From an archaeon (GTDB taxonomy: Archaea > Nanobdellota > Nanobdellia > Pacearchaeales > GW2011-AR1), in NCBI GenBank assembly GCA_030679115.1, contig JAUXTS010000009.1:1-53455 (forward strand): DNA of 53,455 nt, written 5' to 3'. Position 1 is the first letter of the stretch, and every line of letters starts with the position of its first letter. Positions 51,997 to 53,455 of the stretch are shown one piece after another. The notes under the pieces are model-generated. The model did not search any database. It was not told the DNA's origin and saw only the letters and a program-made list of their open reading frames with translations. A program made the position numbers and the translations under genes.

Positions 51997-53069
51997 GGAT
52001 TCCCCTGTATCACTTTACAGATGCTATTTATTGCCTTGAAATCGTAATTTACCGAATTCACAACTGAACATCCTTCCCAATGCCCTTCTTTTGCACTCTG
52101 GAACGCCCCGCAATAACCTGCGGCAGTTATCTGACTTTCGTATGCATTAAATGCCCCATAGATTTCTTTAGCTGTGCCCAATACTATTCCTCCAGCTAAA
52201 GCATATAATGCACTTCCCATATTCCCAATAACTGGCATCATAAATGTTGCTCCAGCCGCCGTCGCACCAGTAAGTCCAATATTTTTTAATATTCCTTCTG
52301 TACTTTTTTTCTCATCTGTCCTAACCTGCATAAAAACAAACGCCAATTCTCTATTAACTTTATCTTTAACAACTGCTTCGCTTTTAGCACCTTCCACAGC
52401 AATTTTATCCTCTCCTTCTAATTTTTTCTGAAAATTCTCAATCCCGCCAGGCGTAGCACTAACTTGAGCATAAGAATTAATTCCTTTATCGGTAAATGCT
52501 TGAAGATAAGTTATTTCTTTTCCTGGAATATTATGTGTTCTCATATATTCATTCACACTTACTTTATTTAATATATCTACAATAACACTTTCATCAAGCG
52601 CAATCCTGGAACAAACTACACAAGTAGCTTGATTAGACTCCAACCCATTTTCAGTATAAAAATTACCAAAAATATCAATTTTTCCCTGCCCCATCATATT
52701 CCAGCAATCATACATTGCATTCGCCGAAATCTCTTCAATCTTTATTCTTTTTTCTTCAACCCCTCCACTTAATCTCACGACAGTTATATCTTTCTCTCCA
52801 GCAAACTGATTACTGCATTTTCCAAATAAAGAATCTGTAATGCATATTTTATCTGTAATGCATTCTAATGGAACTAAAGATTGTGAGCCACCCACCGCAC
52901 CAGCTACAGTTCCCCTAGTTAAAACAGAAAGATGACATGTTTCTCTCTTGCCCATCTCCCCAAAATCCAGAAAGAAAAATAAATATAAAACAATTGCAAA
53001 ACCTGCAATTGCCAAAACTATCATGACAATCTGTGTAGAGGTTATCTCTCCTTTTTTATCAGATACCAT
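51993..53069 (-). CDS. Large type IV pilin-like protein
   Basis: MVSDKKG|EITSTQIVMIVLAIAGFAIVLYLFFF. 358 aa, Cys-containing. Confidence 0.7.
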   Translation of the reverse strand: MVSDKKGEITSTQIVMIVLAIAGFAIVLYLFFFLDFGEMGKRETCHLSVLTRGTVAGAVGGSQSLVPLECITDKICITDSLFGKCSNQFAGEKDITVVRLSGGVEEKRIKIEEISANAMYDCWNMMGQGKIDIFGNFYTENGLESNQATCVVCSRIALDESVIVDILNKVSVNEYMRTHNIPGKEITYLQAFTDKGINSYAQVSATPGGIENFQKKLEGEDKIAVEGAKSEAVVKDKVNRELAFVFMQVRTDEKKSTEGILKNIGLTGATAAGATFMMPVIGNMGSALYALAGGIVLGTAKEIYGAFNAYESQITAAGYCGAFQSAKEGHWEGCSVVNSVNYDFKAINSICKVIQGNP

Positions 53070-53100
53070 TAAAATTTAAGCCAAATCGGCTTTATAACGA

Positions 53101-53217
53101 TTACGCCGTCAATCTTTTTATGATAAAATACACTGCTCCTGATGCAATAATAAAAAATACTATCCATAGCAAAACGTCCGTAATTGCATTCCCCGTTAAT
53201 CCTTTTTTTCTAATCAT
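53101..53217 (-). CDS. Mini pilin-like protein (38 aa)
   Basis: Below the track cutoff. MIRKKG|LTGNAITDVLLWIVFFIIASGAVYFIIKRLTA. ATGA overlap with the upstream ORF. Confidence 0.5.
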   Translation of the reverse strand: MIRKKGLTGNAITDVLLWIVFFIIASGAVYFIIKRLTA

Positions 53218-53455
53218 CCCAAACATACCTTCCTCGTTTTAACTGGCTTTGACAAATCTACCCATAAATAACGTCCGTCATCATCGTTTATCTTACTAAC
53301 ACAAAAATTATTCAAATCTCCGCTTCCAGTTTCAGGATTTGAAGGCAACCAAGATATTTGTATCGGAACCTTAAAAACTAAATCTCTCCATTCTCTAGCT
53401 GCAGGATATATCGCTCGGCTGTTATCTTTAATCAATTTAGAAAAAATTTCTTCAT
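53214..53455 (-). CDS. Hypothetical protein, C-terminal part (frame open to the right edge)
   Basis: The track gives a TTG start at 53435, but the frame stays open (..EEIFSKLIKDNSR..) to position 53455. It is therefore probably the 3' end of a longer gene that heads the pilin operon. Confidence 0.45.
   Translation of the reverse strand, partial: EEIFSKLIKDNSRAIYPAAREWRDLVFKVPIQISWLPSNPETGSGDLNNFCVSKINDDDGRYLWVDLSKPVKTRKVCLG

Noticed and set aside
1959-52431. Numerous 60-140-aa track ORFs antisense to or nested within long CDSs (for example 1959-2180, 5599-5988, 11765-12172, 19625-20038, 35813-36349, 40120-41781, 45293-45761, 49646-50071, 52174-52431)
   Set aside because: They lie entirely inside well-supported genes on the opposite strand or in another frame. 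Their composition is low-complexity Ser/Phe/Ile/Leu-rich, typical of antisense frames in AT-rich DNA.

Overview
Visibly AT-rich, gene-dense archaeal chromosome segment. The archaeal assignment rests on TFB, RadA, EndA, aIF1A, aIF2-alpha, aEF-1beta, LSm, GINS, RPA and ribosomal proteins S8e, S17e and S27e. Small proteins, leaderless-looking genes, bacterial-type imports and a giant surface protein suggest a DPANN-like lineage, but that is inference only.

Most of the window is housekeeping: SRP54/FtsY, GlyRS, LeuRS, RNase Z, NDK, UDG, a RecJ-like DHH protein and the S27e-aIF2alpha-Nop10 operon. There are 8 tRNA genes, and three carry 46-nt introns at the canonical 37/38 position.

Accessory content:
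- A translationally coupled surface operon at 8033-15431: a 43-aa protein, a 610-aa pilin-signal protein and a 1813-aa secreted giant.
- A run of about 9 type IV pilin-like genes at 49022-53455, next to an A24 prepilin peptidase.
- Two VapBC-like pairs.
- A LAGLIDADG intein in radA.
- An HflK/HflC-like pair.
- A sigma-70 region-4-like HTH gene.

The feature not explained by any gene call is a family of modular hairpin repeats tied to tRNA genes. Behind four tRNAs (Leu, Arg-TCT, Cys, Ala) the tRNA's own T-loop and 3' end are duplicated. A conserved two-hairpin module with compensatory stem changes sits exactly at the T-loop/T-stem junction of the duplicate. Related modules occur in the tRNA-Leu 5' leader, inside the tRNA-Met intron, upstream of endA and upstream of rps27e. 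I could not run any searches, so all homology calls rest on recognised motifs.
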